43,994 nucleotides of DNA from Octopus bimaculoides (lineage: Eukaryota). Made by a program: the position numbers and the translations under genes. The stretch covers positions 136,384,983 through 136,428,976 of the forward strand of contig NC_068981.1 of the NCBI RefSeq assembly GCF_001194135.2, written 5' to 3'. A model generated the notes under the pieces. The model made no database searches, was not told where the DNA came from, and saw nothing but the letters and a program-made list of their open reading frames with translations. Numbering within the stretch: the stretch's first letter is position 1; the number at the start of each line of letters is the position of its first letter. Below are positions 1 to 11,140 of the stretch, in pieces.

Positions 1-365
1 TATATATATATATATATATGACGACTGTATATGTGTGTATATATATATATATAAAAACTGTGTGTATATATAAAAACTGTGTGTATATATAAAAACTGTG
101 TGTGTATATATAAAAACTGTGTGTATATATAAAAACTGTGTATATATATAAAAACTATGTGTGTGTATATATAAAAACTGTGTATATATATAAAAACTGT
201 GTATATATATAAAAACTGTGTGTGTATATATATAAAAACTATGTGTGTGTATATATATAAAAACTATGTATATGTGTGTATATATAAAAACTGTATGTAT
301 ATGTGTGTATATATAAAAACTGTGTGCATATGTGTGTATATATAAAAACTGTGTGCATATGTGTG
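1..365. repeat. AT-rich minisatellite, variable unit of about 19-25 bp (AAAAACT(G/A)TG(TG)n(TA)n)
   Basis: Repeated AAAAACTG/AAAAACTA anchors separated by variable TG/TA tracts. Confidence 0.92.
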
Positions 366-1234
366 TAGGAAGTGATCACATTTCTAGATACTGCTAGAAA
401 AGCCTTGTAGGTAATGCAGTTTCTCTTAGAGGATTTAATTAACTTCAAAGCCAATTATATCATATGTACACACTATACATCTATATTAATAAATCCAATA
501 TGTGTTCTAATTAGATATTTCATGTCTTCATAGACATCAATACACTCAATACAGTGGTTGAATTTAATGATAGCATTTCAATGCGATAACAGCCAACACT
601 TTGCTTTTGAAGGGAGAGAGACTGTTAATAATTTCCCATTGTTTACAAAGGACACTACCATTGCCAAGGCCTTATTGACATCTAATATTAAAGTTTATGT
701 GCTCCAAGTCTTTGCAGCCATTTCATTGTTATTATTGGAATTCTGTTTAAGAATATGCTTTGTTATAAGAATGCTGTAGCCATTGAATAGTTATAGTATT
801 GGCTGGTTATCTGTTTAATATTTCATTTAGCTGTTGAGAATCTGGTTTTTGATTCTGTGAATCAGACATTTTAATTATCTCTTATTATTACCCTCCTATC
901 GGGTGACTATAATGAGTGGCATCAAGAAGAGAATCTAGCTGTAAACCACTATCCCATCGAACCCATGCCAGCATGGATGGGCCAGGCATAAATTGATGAT
1001 TGTCTCATAACCATTGTCTAACTTCAATAAGTTAGAATGACATTCTACTCAAAGATAACTGGTTGATTTTTTTTTTGTTTTTGTAAAATAAGAGCCTGTT
1101 TGATAAGTGGGTGAAGATACATATTCTATTGCATTTTGTTTCCCATTCTCTGGAATAGTGTTATTCCTATCGTTAACTCGATCAAATTCCACTCCTTCCC
1201 TTTTATCTATCACTAAGTACTAAACTCTATTATC

Positions 1235-1555
1235 TTTTATTTATTTCTGTCATTCAACTGCAGCCATGCTGGAGTGTGGCCATTTCCTTGAAGGCGTTTT
1301 GTTGAACAGGTCAATCACAGTACTTATTATTCTGTCAAACTCCTTTGCCAAACTGCTAAGTTATGGGATGTAAACCAACCAACACCAGTTAAGTGAGGGT
1401 TGTGAGGGGAACAAACACTCACGATGAGCTTCCATACAGTTTCTGTCTACCAAGTTCACAAGACATTAGTCAGCTCATAGATAGAGTAGACACCTGCCCA
1501 AGGTGCCATGCAATGGGACTGAACCTGAAACCACATGATTGAAAAAGTTTTTAAA
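1235..1555 (-). mobile_element. SINE family A (reverse, 5' end eroded)
   Basis: Reverse complement carries GGTTCAGTCCC, CACCTTGGGCAGG and the CTCCAGCATGGCTGCAG tail. Confidence 0.82.
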
Positions 1556-1861
1556 ACACACACACACACACACACGCACACGCACACGGGTGTAAAGTCT
1601 AATTAAGCTAATTGTTTGTTTATTCAATATCAACATTATAAATCTTAGAAATATTAATTCAAGAACTAAAGACATGAACAGAATTCTATTACTGAAAAAT
1701 CAAATGCTTGATAGTTGTGAGTTTTTAATAAGACTTTAAGGTGTTTAACATTTCAATCCTTTTAAAATGTTTTGATTTTAAAATTTTGATATTAAAATAT
1801 TAATCTCTATTACAAGTGGTTCTGGTAAAAATAGTTTTGTCTAGTTTTCTCATTTATTTCT

Positions 1862-2091
1862 TATTTCTTTATTGCCCATAAGGGGCTAAACAAAGAGGGG
1901 ACAAACAAGGACAAAAGGATTAAGTTGATTACATCAACCCCAGTGCGTAACTAGTACTTAATTTATCGACCCCGAAAGGATGAAAGGCAAAGTTGAACTT
2001 GGCGGAATTTGAACTCAGAACATGAAGACAGACGAAAAACCGCAAAGCATTTCACCCGGCGTGCTAACATTTCTGCCAACTCACCGCCTTA
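1862..2091 (-). mobile_element. tRNA-derived SINE, family B
   Basis: Reverse complement: TAAGGCGGTGAGTTGGCAGAA (A box), GAGTTCAAATTCC (B box), core GCCTTTCATCCTTTCGGGGTCGATAAATTAAGTAC. TTATTTCT is repeated at both ends. Confidence 0.85.
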
Positions 2092-2097
2092 TTTCTG

Positions 2098-2275
2098 TTA
2101 TCATCATTTAACATCAGCTGTCCATGCTGGCATGGGCTGGGCAGTTTGACCAGGGCTAGCAAGCTTCAGTCTGATTTGGCATGGTTTCTATGACTAGATG
2201 TCCTTCCTAATGCCAATTACTTTACAGTGTGTTGGGTGCTTTAATGTGGCCCTGCCATGAGTGCTTTACATCACC
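2098..2275 (-). mobile_element. RTE-type SINE 3' part (reverse)
   Basis: CATCATTTAACATC...CCATGCTGGCATGGGCTGGG and GATGTCCTTCCTAATGCCAA. Shorter copies of the same modules occur near 925, 3660, 12480, 28536, 38200 and 41930. Confidence 0.75.
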
Positions 2276-2289
2276 AGAAGGATTGGTCT

Positions 2290-2720
2290 TAACATTCCTG
2301 CTGTGGAATGCTTGTCTTGAGTACTGCAAGGTGCCAGGCATCTCAGTCCTTTCTCATCTCACCTGAAAGATTCAGCATCCTGAGGTCATTCATTCTTCAG
2401 TACTTTATCCCATGTTTTCCTGGCTCTCCTATTTCCACATGTTCCATCCATTTTAAGAGATTGCCACTTAATATGCAATTATAAACAATGACTCTTTCAC
2501 AAGTTTTCTTTGGTCAAGTTACACTGTAAGCAACTTCTATTGTCAGCACTTTCTCCAAGTATATATGATCAATTCCGTATACGTCCAACTATATAGTTTT
2601 CCTTGCATGCATCATTGCCATGTTTACTGAGATGCTCTTACAGCCTGCACACATTCTTACTGGGGAAAAAACACGACTGTAATTTAGAGGATGGTATTTC
2701 CCAGCATTTTAAGAACTTCA
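2290..2720 (-). mobile_element. RTE-clade LINE ORF2 C-terminal remnant
   Basis: Frameshifted minus-strand translation DGTCGNRRARKTWDKVLKN..LRMLNLSGEMRKD.DAWHLAVL matches the RTE end motif G.R.RGRPRKTW...V..DL..L.L...M..DR..WR; VNMAMMHARKT upstream resembles VR.AML.GSETW. Confidence 0.68.
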
Positions 2721-4639
2721 GAGAAAGTGTTTACATAATGGTAAAATCAGAAGGTTCTGAAATGCAGTCTCTTGATTGACAGATGCCGTTTTGCATGGCT
2801 ATCCAATCTTAATTTTCGGTTTTTAAATTGTAGTCATACTATATTGGTTAGTTAATTAGATCAAAAGAATGCTAATTTGGAAATAGCTATTTTGAAGTCA
2901 AATATATATAAATATAAATGCACTTCAATCTATGAACGCCAATAATACTTGTTGAGTGATGACTATTTTTGATTCCAAATATTGAAACTTAGGATCAAAA
3001 ACATAAATTTTGAACTGCTTATGTTTTTTAAGTGTATTTTATTATTTTAATGTACTTGCTTTTCATCTCATGTGAGAAATATGCTTCATATTTGTGTTAG
3101 AATATTCATGATCTGTGTATAATTTTGACCTAATCTACTGTATCTTTTAGATAAGCACAATTCAGCTTTGTCAACATGAAAAAAGAAATTAATTTGTTTG
3201 CAGTTAAAGTAATAAATAAATTGCTTTATTTTATTCAAATCAATAAACAAAAATTTGGGTGAAGGTGAATGGTTGGTTGGTAAATTTGTCAAGACCTAAA
3301 CTTTGAACAATGTCAACATGTTAGCAGAGAAGAGCTAAAGTGTAAAGCAAATACATAAAATGTAAAGAAAATTAGCTGTAGAAAGTCAGAGCTAATTATT
3401 GATTTTTCCATTAATGCCCTCCTTTTGCAATATTTTAACTGATAAAAATTCTATGCATTATGTTACTGAAACTGAGCAACCAAAATTTGATTGATACACT
3501 TTTGTAGTAAGTTCAAATATTTGAATACAGCATTTAGCATGTGAATGAAGAGGAAAGTCTTCTTTGATGATTTATTATTGACGAAAGTTCAATATTTTGT
3601 GCTGACTATATTTCTACCTGGTGTATAACCAGCTTTATTGACGTTTGTGTGTGTGTGTGTCATCATCATCATCGTAGTTTAACGTCCGCTTTCCGATTAC
3701 TTTAAATAAAAGTTGCTGAATGACTGATTTCTTCAATTATTTTACACTTGGTATTTCAGGTATAGGGGCAATTACTTTAAGCTAGTGGGTTTCCATTGTG
3801 CTGCCTCTGACCTGATTTCTATTCTTTGATGTATCTTTTGTATTCCACTTACATAGGTAATTCTTTCAAGAATAGCATAACTAGTGTTTTCATTTCCTCT
3901 TGCCTACAAACTGGAAACCTTACGATTTTCTAAGAAACCAATATTCTAGATATGAGAAAAGTAGATATTGCTGAAATATGAGAACTGGACTGATTGTTCT
4001 ATCATTATCTAACATGGGGTTTCTGCTGACCTAAGTTTCAGTTCCTTCAAGGTCAACTTTGCATTACATTTTATGGCTGGGGGTGGGGGCATTAAGAGCT
4101 AATAATATGCTGGAGTCAATTACATTGGCCAAAACTCTTCTGTCAGATAAAAAAAAAAAGTTTTTATTCTTAAACAAAGGAAATCAATATCATATTGCAA
4201 TTTGAAAGGCTATTGGAATTGACAGAAACAATATAGCTGTCTAGTGTCTTACTCAAACATCAGAAAATTTTAAAATCAGAACCAAAGCTTACTTTGGCAT
4301 AGTGAAAATATATATACTTGTGTTTAAATCAATAGAGATACAGAGATAGTAAGTTTACTATATAATATTTGCAGCATCTAGTTAGACGCATTAACATTTT
4401 TACTCTAAATTCTGTCTATGGGAGTTGTTTTTTTTTTACCTATCCATTACTGTTTTCAAATACCAGTAATATACTGAGATTAAATAGTTTCATAAAAAGA
4501 AAAAACCCAAAAAAACTGGACAACTTCTTTAAAAGAAATCTTGTCAGATATGTCTATGAAGTCATTGTCAAATGTTCGTCAGTTATAGTGCCTATGTTTT
4601 TTATACTTGCATGAGTTGGACAGAACTAGTTAGGCAATA

Positions 4640-4860
4640 GAAAATCTGATTTCCACATAAGTTAATATTTCCCCATTGCCAGATGTTTTTTTTTAATGGA
4701 AAACTGGGAATGAAAGATCACTTGGATGGCAGTAACATTCATTTACAACCATCATATGATGTCAAGGCAAGGAGAAAAACAAACATGCATGCACACTTAC
4801 ATGATGGGCTTCTTTGAGTTTCCATCAACCAAATTCACTCATAAGGCTTCAGTTGATGTA
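4640..4860 (-). mobile_element. SINE family C middle part (reverse), followed by a + strand A-type head at about 4870-4930
   Basis: Reverse complement reads GAAGCCTTATGAGTGAATTTGGTTGATGGAAACTCAAAGAAGCCCATC then CTTGACATCATATGATGGTTGTAAATG. Confidence 0.65.
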
Positions 4861-5149
4861 ATATTTGTCAATGGCTGTGTGGTTAAGAAGTTTGCTACTC
4901 GACCACATGGTCACGAGTTCAATCTGCATTCCCAAACATTAAATCAATGTTTCATATTTAGTTGGAGAGGTATTATTTGTTTACTGCATTTAGTTTGCCA
5001 ACATCTACTTCTTGTTAGGTTGGGATTATTATCAATACTGTATAGTTGGTTCAGTATAATATAGTCTTGTTTAAAAAAAAAAATGAAAAACTTACTTTTG
5101 GCTACTGGTACATAGATATTTTAGCTTTTTCTTTCTCTTAAAAATTTCT

Positions 5150-5900
5150 AAAAAAATTTCTGTTTTTTTGGTCACATTTTGCTTAGAAATCTGTATAATA
5201 CTTTCAGCAGCTATGGTTATCTAGGTAGTTGGAAAATGTCATCTTGCCAAGGATCCTCTAATTCATGTAGTTTTATATTTGATAGCCATCTTTAATAAAG
5301 CCTGAAAGAAATTAGTTCATCTTAAGTATTTCTCATTCCTGGTCATTCTCACAGGAAATTATACTTATAATTCCAGATATTTCAGCTAGTTGTCTTATTT
5401 TTCTAAGTGTTAATGTTTATCTCTTGATCTTAAACTGCTATATTTATTTTGTGGTTAATGTGGCCACATTAACACAAATTCTGAATCAACAACCTGTAAC
5501 AAACTCTTGATTCTTAGTTGAGGCTATTGTTCCATTTATGTTCCTAATTCCTTTGGAAAAGATGTGAACATTACTGCTTACCTAATATTCTCCCCTATAG
5601 AACATGTTTATTGTAAGAAGACAATGATTTGCATTGTCAATTGCCTAATCAAACTTTATAGTGAATGAATCTAAGAGATCTCTTTAAGAGTTCCTACATG
5701 GCAAATAGACCGGATTTCTATTTGGTTTTGCTAGAAATTCTTTCACTTGCAGGAATTACCCTACAGCCATTGATTCTTATCTGTTATGGATTGTATTATA
5801 TAACCCATAATCACAGTAAAAGCATAGTGTTTGCTGAAGTTTCTTGATCATCTGACCATATTCATCTGATTCTCTCTCCCTCAGCTTGTTATAAACAAAA
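5150..5900 (-). pseudogene. Highly decayed LINE reverse transcriptase remnant (CR1/L2-like)
   Basis: Stop-interrupted minus frame DSFTIKFD*AIDNANHCLL...INGTIASTKN..VTG loosely matches RT motifs LDF.KAFD.V.H.LL and VNG..S....V.SGVPQG. Confidence 0.35.
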
Positions 5901-6951
5901 TTGTACAATCTTATTTTTGTCCTGTATTCATTCCAAATTAGTTGTCTGCTTACTTCATACCTTTATTTTTGGAACACCTGCCAGTATTTTCATATTCTTT
6001 CTCATTAGTTTTTTTCTCTTCACTTTTATTGAAGCGAACTATTTGAAATATTCTTAATGTTACTAATGTTACAAATTTAGTATATATTTCTGATTTCTAT
6101 TTTAAACATTTACTTCTTTCACAAAGATCTTATTTTAGACTATATCTGCATTGAAAATTAAACTAAAAAGTTGTATAGAAGACAGCTACAAAAGCAATTT
6201 CATCTTTGGGAATGTAATCTCATTGAGTGTGCGTGTATGCATCTAATGCACATATATATGTTTAGGTAGCTATGTAGCTCACTTGTGTTCTTTTGGGATT
6301 AGAACATCAGCTAATAGAATGCTTTTATTAGAAACAACTGAAATAAAATAGCCAGAAATGAACACAGGATTCACACCTAAACTTCTCTGAATTTTCTTTC
6401 ATGCTAATCTAACATCATGGCTGATTAAAATGGTCTTAATGTAAAAGTATGCTTATTTTTGTTTGCACCTTCAATTAGTATTTTTTATTTTTGTTACAAG
6501 CCATTAAATCCTAGTTAATTTCTCACATTTTTTTTTTTTTTTTATTCTTCAACTGTTTCTAGAAGGTAATTATCTTACATTTCTGTTATTAGCTACTTAT
6601 TTTCAAGTAAGGCTCTTTTAAATTTACTCATTTTATAGATGTCTTTTTTATCTCTTTATTTGTTCATTTATTTTTCGGTTCCTTCATAAGCAAAGAACTC
6701 TCGAGCATTTTATTTACTTTGCTTTCTAAGCTATTCATAGCAGTAGCAGTAGATTTTCCTCAATTTTGTAGCATGACTTCAGTTACAAACCATTTGTTCC
6801 CATTTTATATTTCTCTTTGTTCTGATTTCATCAATAGTTATTCATGGTCATGTACTTGTATCAATAATGAAAAGCTTACGTGTATGAAATAGTTTTGTTT
6901 TGGTGTTTTAGATTCAAGCCTGTGCTTAATAGGATCTTCATACTGTCTTAA

Positions 6952-7180
6952 CCCATATATACCCCTGGTTGCGTTTTCACAACGCAAAACCTGCTCCTAC
7001 TTATTTGGACATGAACTCACTGGGAAGCATCTGACTGAGCATATGAAATGTTCACTAGGTAGACACTCGTGACTAACAGTTGCATACTGTCCTTCTCTTC
7101 CAGATTGTGAAAGCTTACCATAACTTTTAATCTAAATATAGTAAAATTTTAAGACTTCATTTTTTATGGGCATATATGGT
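6952..7180. mobile_element. piggyBac-type MITE
   Basis: TTAA at 6948-6951 and 7181-7184; TIR CCCATATATACCC / ACCATATATGCCC. Confidence 0.75.
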
Positions 7181-7811
7181 TTAATAACTTAAATATCTTA
7201 CTCAAACTAATAGAAATATTAGGAGGTATCAACCACATCATATATTCCTTGACTGATGCTAAAATGTAAGAAACGAAGTCTGAATTAAAAAGAAATATCA
7301 ATATACTTTGATGTCAGTGACCTTCTCATTAATTCTAGAATGATTTGTTTCTCCCATTAAATCCAACTTTATATTCACCCTTTATCTCTTGTTCTCAGCC
7401 TTTACCTTTCACCTTATTCTCTTCAATTTTTCTTTTCCTAGTTCTGCTTTGAGATTTTTTCTCCAAGCAAAGAACCCAGCATTTTTATTCCATTATCTTG
7501 AAATATAATTGTCTTTGACATATTTATGTTGACTAAAATATTGTTAAAGACAAGAGATAAATTTGGCTTGAAAAATTAATTCTACTTCCATTTGAGTTTC
7601 TGCTTCAGTTTTTAAAAATATTCCTGCTCCAACAGCAAAGTTTAAATTTCTAGACTTACCAAAATTACCCCAGTCAAGATTTTAAGTTTGCAAGAAAATA
7701 TGTTGACCTTTAATGTTTAAAATGTATCTTCATATTTTATATCTTGACAAATCTGTTACATTCTTTCAACAAAATATTTTCTATTAAATTTCATTTCTTT
7801 AAAATTTCCAG

Positions 7812-7903
7812 TATTCCTTGGTGGTTCCTGTAATCCAACAACTTGGCGTTCTGATTGTGCTGTCCCATATTTAGAAAAACAAGGTATCAGCTATTTCAAC
7901 CCG
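7812..7903 (+). CDS. raw: Raw/OLRN-1-like protein, internal coding exon (first seen in window; start of NDT-like domain)
   Basis: Pyrimidine tract + CAG acceptor (7809-7811), donor CCG|GTAGGT. 92 nt, phase 1 to 0, encodes (V)FLGGSCNPTTWRSDCAVPYLEKQGISYFNP, matching the remembered Raw signature VFLGGSCNPTTWR...GIS(F/Y)(Y/F)NP. Confidence 0.92.
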
Positions 7904-8205
7904 GTAGGTAACATTAGACTGTTTTGTTTCACTATTCCTCATTTTGCTCTGTCCATTGATGTTAGTAGGTAATCTGCAGTTAATACAACTACAAGTAACC
8001 AACCAGATGAATGAGATTATCATTTGGCCACTTCAAAGTACATCTGATGACTTGGTTTTGTTTTTTGGTATGAACTTTATTGCATCAAAAGGCTGAATAG
8101 AATTAATGGTCTGTTTATTTACTGTTTATAACTGTTAACTAGTTCTTCTATAAGGAAAGGGGTTCTTGAACAATAAAATAATTATTGCATCTAACCAACA
8201 GTTAA

Positions 8206-8782
8206 CCCTTTTGCATTTAGATTACTCCGTAAAATGTAATGCTAATTCATTCACAATGATTTGAATTAATTGTGCATTATCATAGGTGTAGGCATGGCTG
8301 TGTGGTAAGAAGCTTGCTTCTCAACCACATGGTTCTGGGTTCAGTCCCACTGCATGACACCTTGGGCAAATGTCTTCTAAGCCTCAGGCCAACCAAAGCC
8401 TGGTAAGTGGATTTGGCAGACAGAAACTGAAAGAAGCCTATCATATGTAGATATTTGTGTGTCTGTGTTTGTCCCCCCACCAGCACTTGATAAACAATGT
8501 TGGTGTGTTTATGTCCCTGTAATTTAGCAGTTCAGCAAAAGAGACTAATAGAATAAATACTCGGCTTACAAAAAATCAATCCTGGAGTCGATTTGTTTGA
8601 CTGAAGGTGGTGCTCCAGCATGGCCACAGTCAAATGACTGAAACAAATAAAAGAATATCATGTGGCTTTGAGAATTCAATGTGACTTTATTTTTTTTAGA
8701 ATGGCATTGTACGGTAGGTGTGAAAGGCCAAATTGGTCTAGTTTGAACATAAAACAGAATATTTTGGCTGGATATTGCTGGG
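8206..8782. mobile_element. piggyBac-type MITE interrupted by the family A SINE at 8284-8655
   Basis: TTAA at 8202-8205 and 8783-8786; with the SINE removed it is the reverse complement of 34215-34439. Confidence 0.8.
8284..8655 (+). mobile_element. tRNA-derived SINE, family A (full length)
   Basis: A box TGGCTGTGTGG, B box GGTTCAGTCCC, CORE-like CACCTTGGGCAAATGTCTT, central TG-rich tract and tail CTCCAGCATGGCCACAGTCAAATGACTGAAAC. TATCAT direct repeats at 8278-8283 and 8656-8661. Confidence 0.9.
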
Positions 8783-9254
8783 TTAAGAAAGAAATACCCA
8801 AAACCTGTAAAAGAAAAACTGTAATTTTATGAATCACAGAAACCCTTATTTTGAAAACCTGTTTTTAGCTAAAATAACTGAATGCAGAAGTGTTGTGGTC
8901 AACAAAAGCAGCTTACTCATCTGATGTTACTTAAATAATATAAAAATCAACTGAACCGCAAGGGAAGGATTAGAATTGGGAACTTGTCACCCATTATTCT
9001 CACTGGAATAGTATATCCTGTAATTATTTTTTTGGCTTCCACTTAAACTTTCAATAACAGCTTTTCAGATTTTTAATGATATCTGAGAGTAGTTTTGCAT
9101 TGAAAGTAGTAAAGAATGTTTTATTAGTTGTTGGCATTTAAATAAATAGTATTGCACAAAAAAAGAAAATTGGTCCATCCAGTTGTAAGCTAAATTGAAG
9201 GTGTTAAAATACTGTAAGTCAAAGCAACAATATTTATGACTAAAATTTTTAATG

Positions 9255-9405
9255 TGTACAAGGAACCCCCTAATTTTTGGGGCTTAAAATTTGGAAAAGG
9301 GTTTTGTAAGGGATTCTAATACTATCCATGTATAAGAAACTCCTATATTTTTTAAACCTAATTTTTGACAAAAAAGGGTTCCTTATACATGTTAAAATAT
9401 GGTGT
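9255..9405. mobile_element. Probable pogo/Tigger-like MITE fragment
   Basis: GTA(C/T)AAG(G/A)AAC(C/T)CC occurs twice forward and once inverted (GGGTTCCTTATAC), with an end resembling ..ATACGGTA. Confidence 0.4.
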
Positions 9406-9639
9406 ATATGTTAGACACATAATCCATAATTTATTGGCTGACTTATTACAGACGAAAAAAGTCTTTGAGTAAGAAATTCTATTTCATTTTTTAAGTTGGT
9501 TTCAATTTTGTAAAATATTCCTCTTCCGAGAACAAATTATAATTACTAAATTTTTTAAACCATCAATTGTCTCTTATAACTATTTCAAGAGGTTGTTTTA
9601 GACTCAGGTCTTGGTGTTTTATAGTAGTTCTTTTTTCTG

Positions 9640-10058
9640 TAGGCATAAGGCTTGGAATTTTGGGGGAGAGGGCTAGTTGATCATATCTACCATAGTGCTC
9701 TACTGTTATTTTATTGACCCCAAAAGGATGAAAGGCAAAGTTGACCTGAGCAGAGTTTGAACTCAGAATGTAATCAGTCAGAAATTTGACAAAGCATTTT
9801 TCCGTGCATGCTGATGATTCTGCCCACTTGCCACTTTCAATGATTTAAAATTTTGGCACAAGGCCAGCTGCTTTAAAAGAGTAGGTAAGTCGATTACATC
9901 AATCCCCCAGTTTTCAACTGGTACTTAATTTATCAACCTCAGAAGAATAGAATGCAAAGTCAAGTTCAACAGAATTTGAACCCATATATGTAAAATGTCA
10001 GAACTGTTGCTAAGCATTTTCTCCGACTCATTAATAATTCTACCAGCTTGCTGCCTTT
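9640..10058 (-). mobile_element. Two tandem family B SINEs (about 9640-9836 and 9845-10058)
   Basis: Both contain AAAGG/AAGAAT...AAAGT(T/C)...GAATTTGAAC/GAGTTTGAAC...AAGCATTT, colinear with 1862-2091. Confidence 0.8.
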
Positions 10059-10787
10059 GTAATAATAATAATTATTATTATAACGATGATAATGATAATA
10101 ATAATACTTCATGAAGATCATTAACATTTGACTTTTGCTTAGAGGCAACTGTTAATATATTTCTAGCACATTGTTAATTTCATAGTTGGTGCTTCTGTTT
10201 CTCCATTCTCTGCATTACTTTCTCCCCCACCCCACCCAATAACATTTTGTTGTAAATGTTAGATTTAATATGATAATCCAACAACCACACAAAGAAAAAA
10301 AACAAAATCTTCATCAAAGTAAAAGTTGTTGTCTGTGTATAGTGAACTCTGGAAATTTCTATTTGATTAAATATCATTCCATTCAATATCTAAATAGTAA
10401 ATGAGAAAATGGACAGATGGTGATAAAACAGATAGTGGAAATACCGAAGCATTGTTATTGAAATATAAGCAAAGAGGTGGAAAAAAGAAAAACTATTCAT
10501 TTCTTGATTAGGTCTTGTTAAAGCCAATGTTGAATACATTTTTGTTTCTTTACTATTGTGGTAGCTTTCCTCTTTGAATTAACTTGGTCAGCAACAATGT
10601 CTTTTCCTGTCTCATTGTTTTCAACAGTCTTCAGTCAGTTTTTCTTATACTCTTCTCAGGAAGGAACAAGCTTGAATCTGAACAAAATCAAAATATTAAT
10701 AGTGATTAAATTTCCCTAAAAACATTTATTCTGTGTTCCATGATAATTAGTTTAGAGCAAGCTGAGATATTTATTACAATTATATAT

Positions 10788-11140
10788 AGGTACTGACATG
10801 GCTGTGTGGTTAAGCTTGCTTTGCATCTGCAGGGTTTTGGGTTCAGTCCCACTGTGCAGCATCTTGGGTTTGTATCTGCTACTGGGTCAAACGATGCCTT
10901 GTGAGTGAATTTAGTAGACTCTGTGTGGGACCCTGTTTGTGTGTGTGTGTGTGTGTGTGGTTATCCCCTACTACTGCTTGACAACCTGTGTTGGTTTGTT
11001 TACATCCCATAACGAAGCAGTTTGGCAAAAGAGAATGTTAGAATAAGTACCAGACTTAAGTACTGGAGTCGATTTGTTCAACTAAACTCTCAGTGTCTCA
11101 GCATGGCCACAGTCTGATGACTGAAACAAGTAAAAGATAA
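10788..11140 (+). mobile_element. SINE family A (full length)
   Basis: Colinear similarity to 8284-8655 over head, (TG)n centre and tail. Confidence 0.88.

Noticed and set aside
1-365. CRISPR-like array
   Set aside because: Intervening sequences are TG/TA tracts rather than unique spacers, and the context is eukaryotic.
8284-8360. tRNA genes at SINE heads
   Set aside because: A and B boxes are present but no cloverleaf can be drawn and the sequence continues into SINE bodies.
11100-11135. Hammerhead-like CTGATGA..GAAA in a SINE tail (also CTGATGAG near 15001)
   Set aside because: No stem II or stems I/III; other copies read CAAATGA or CTAATG, so it is a point variant.
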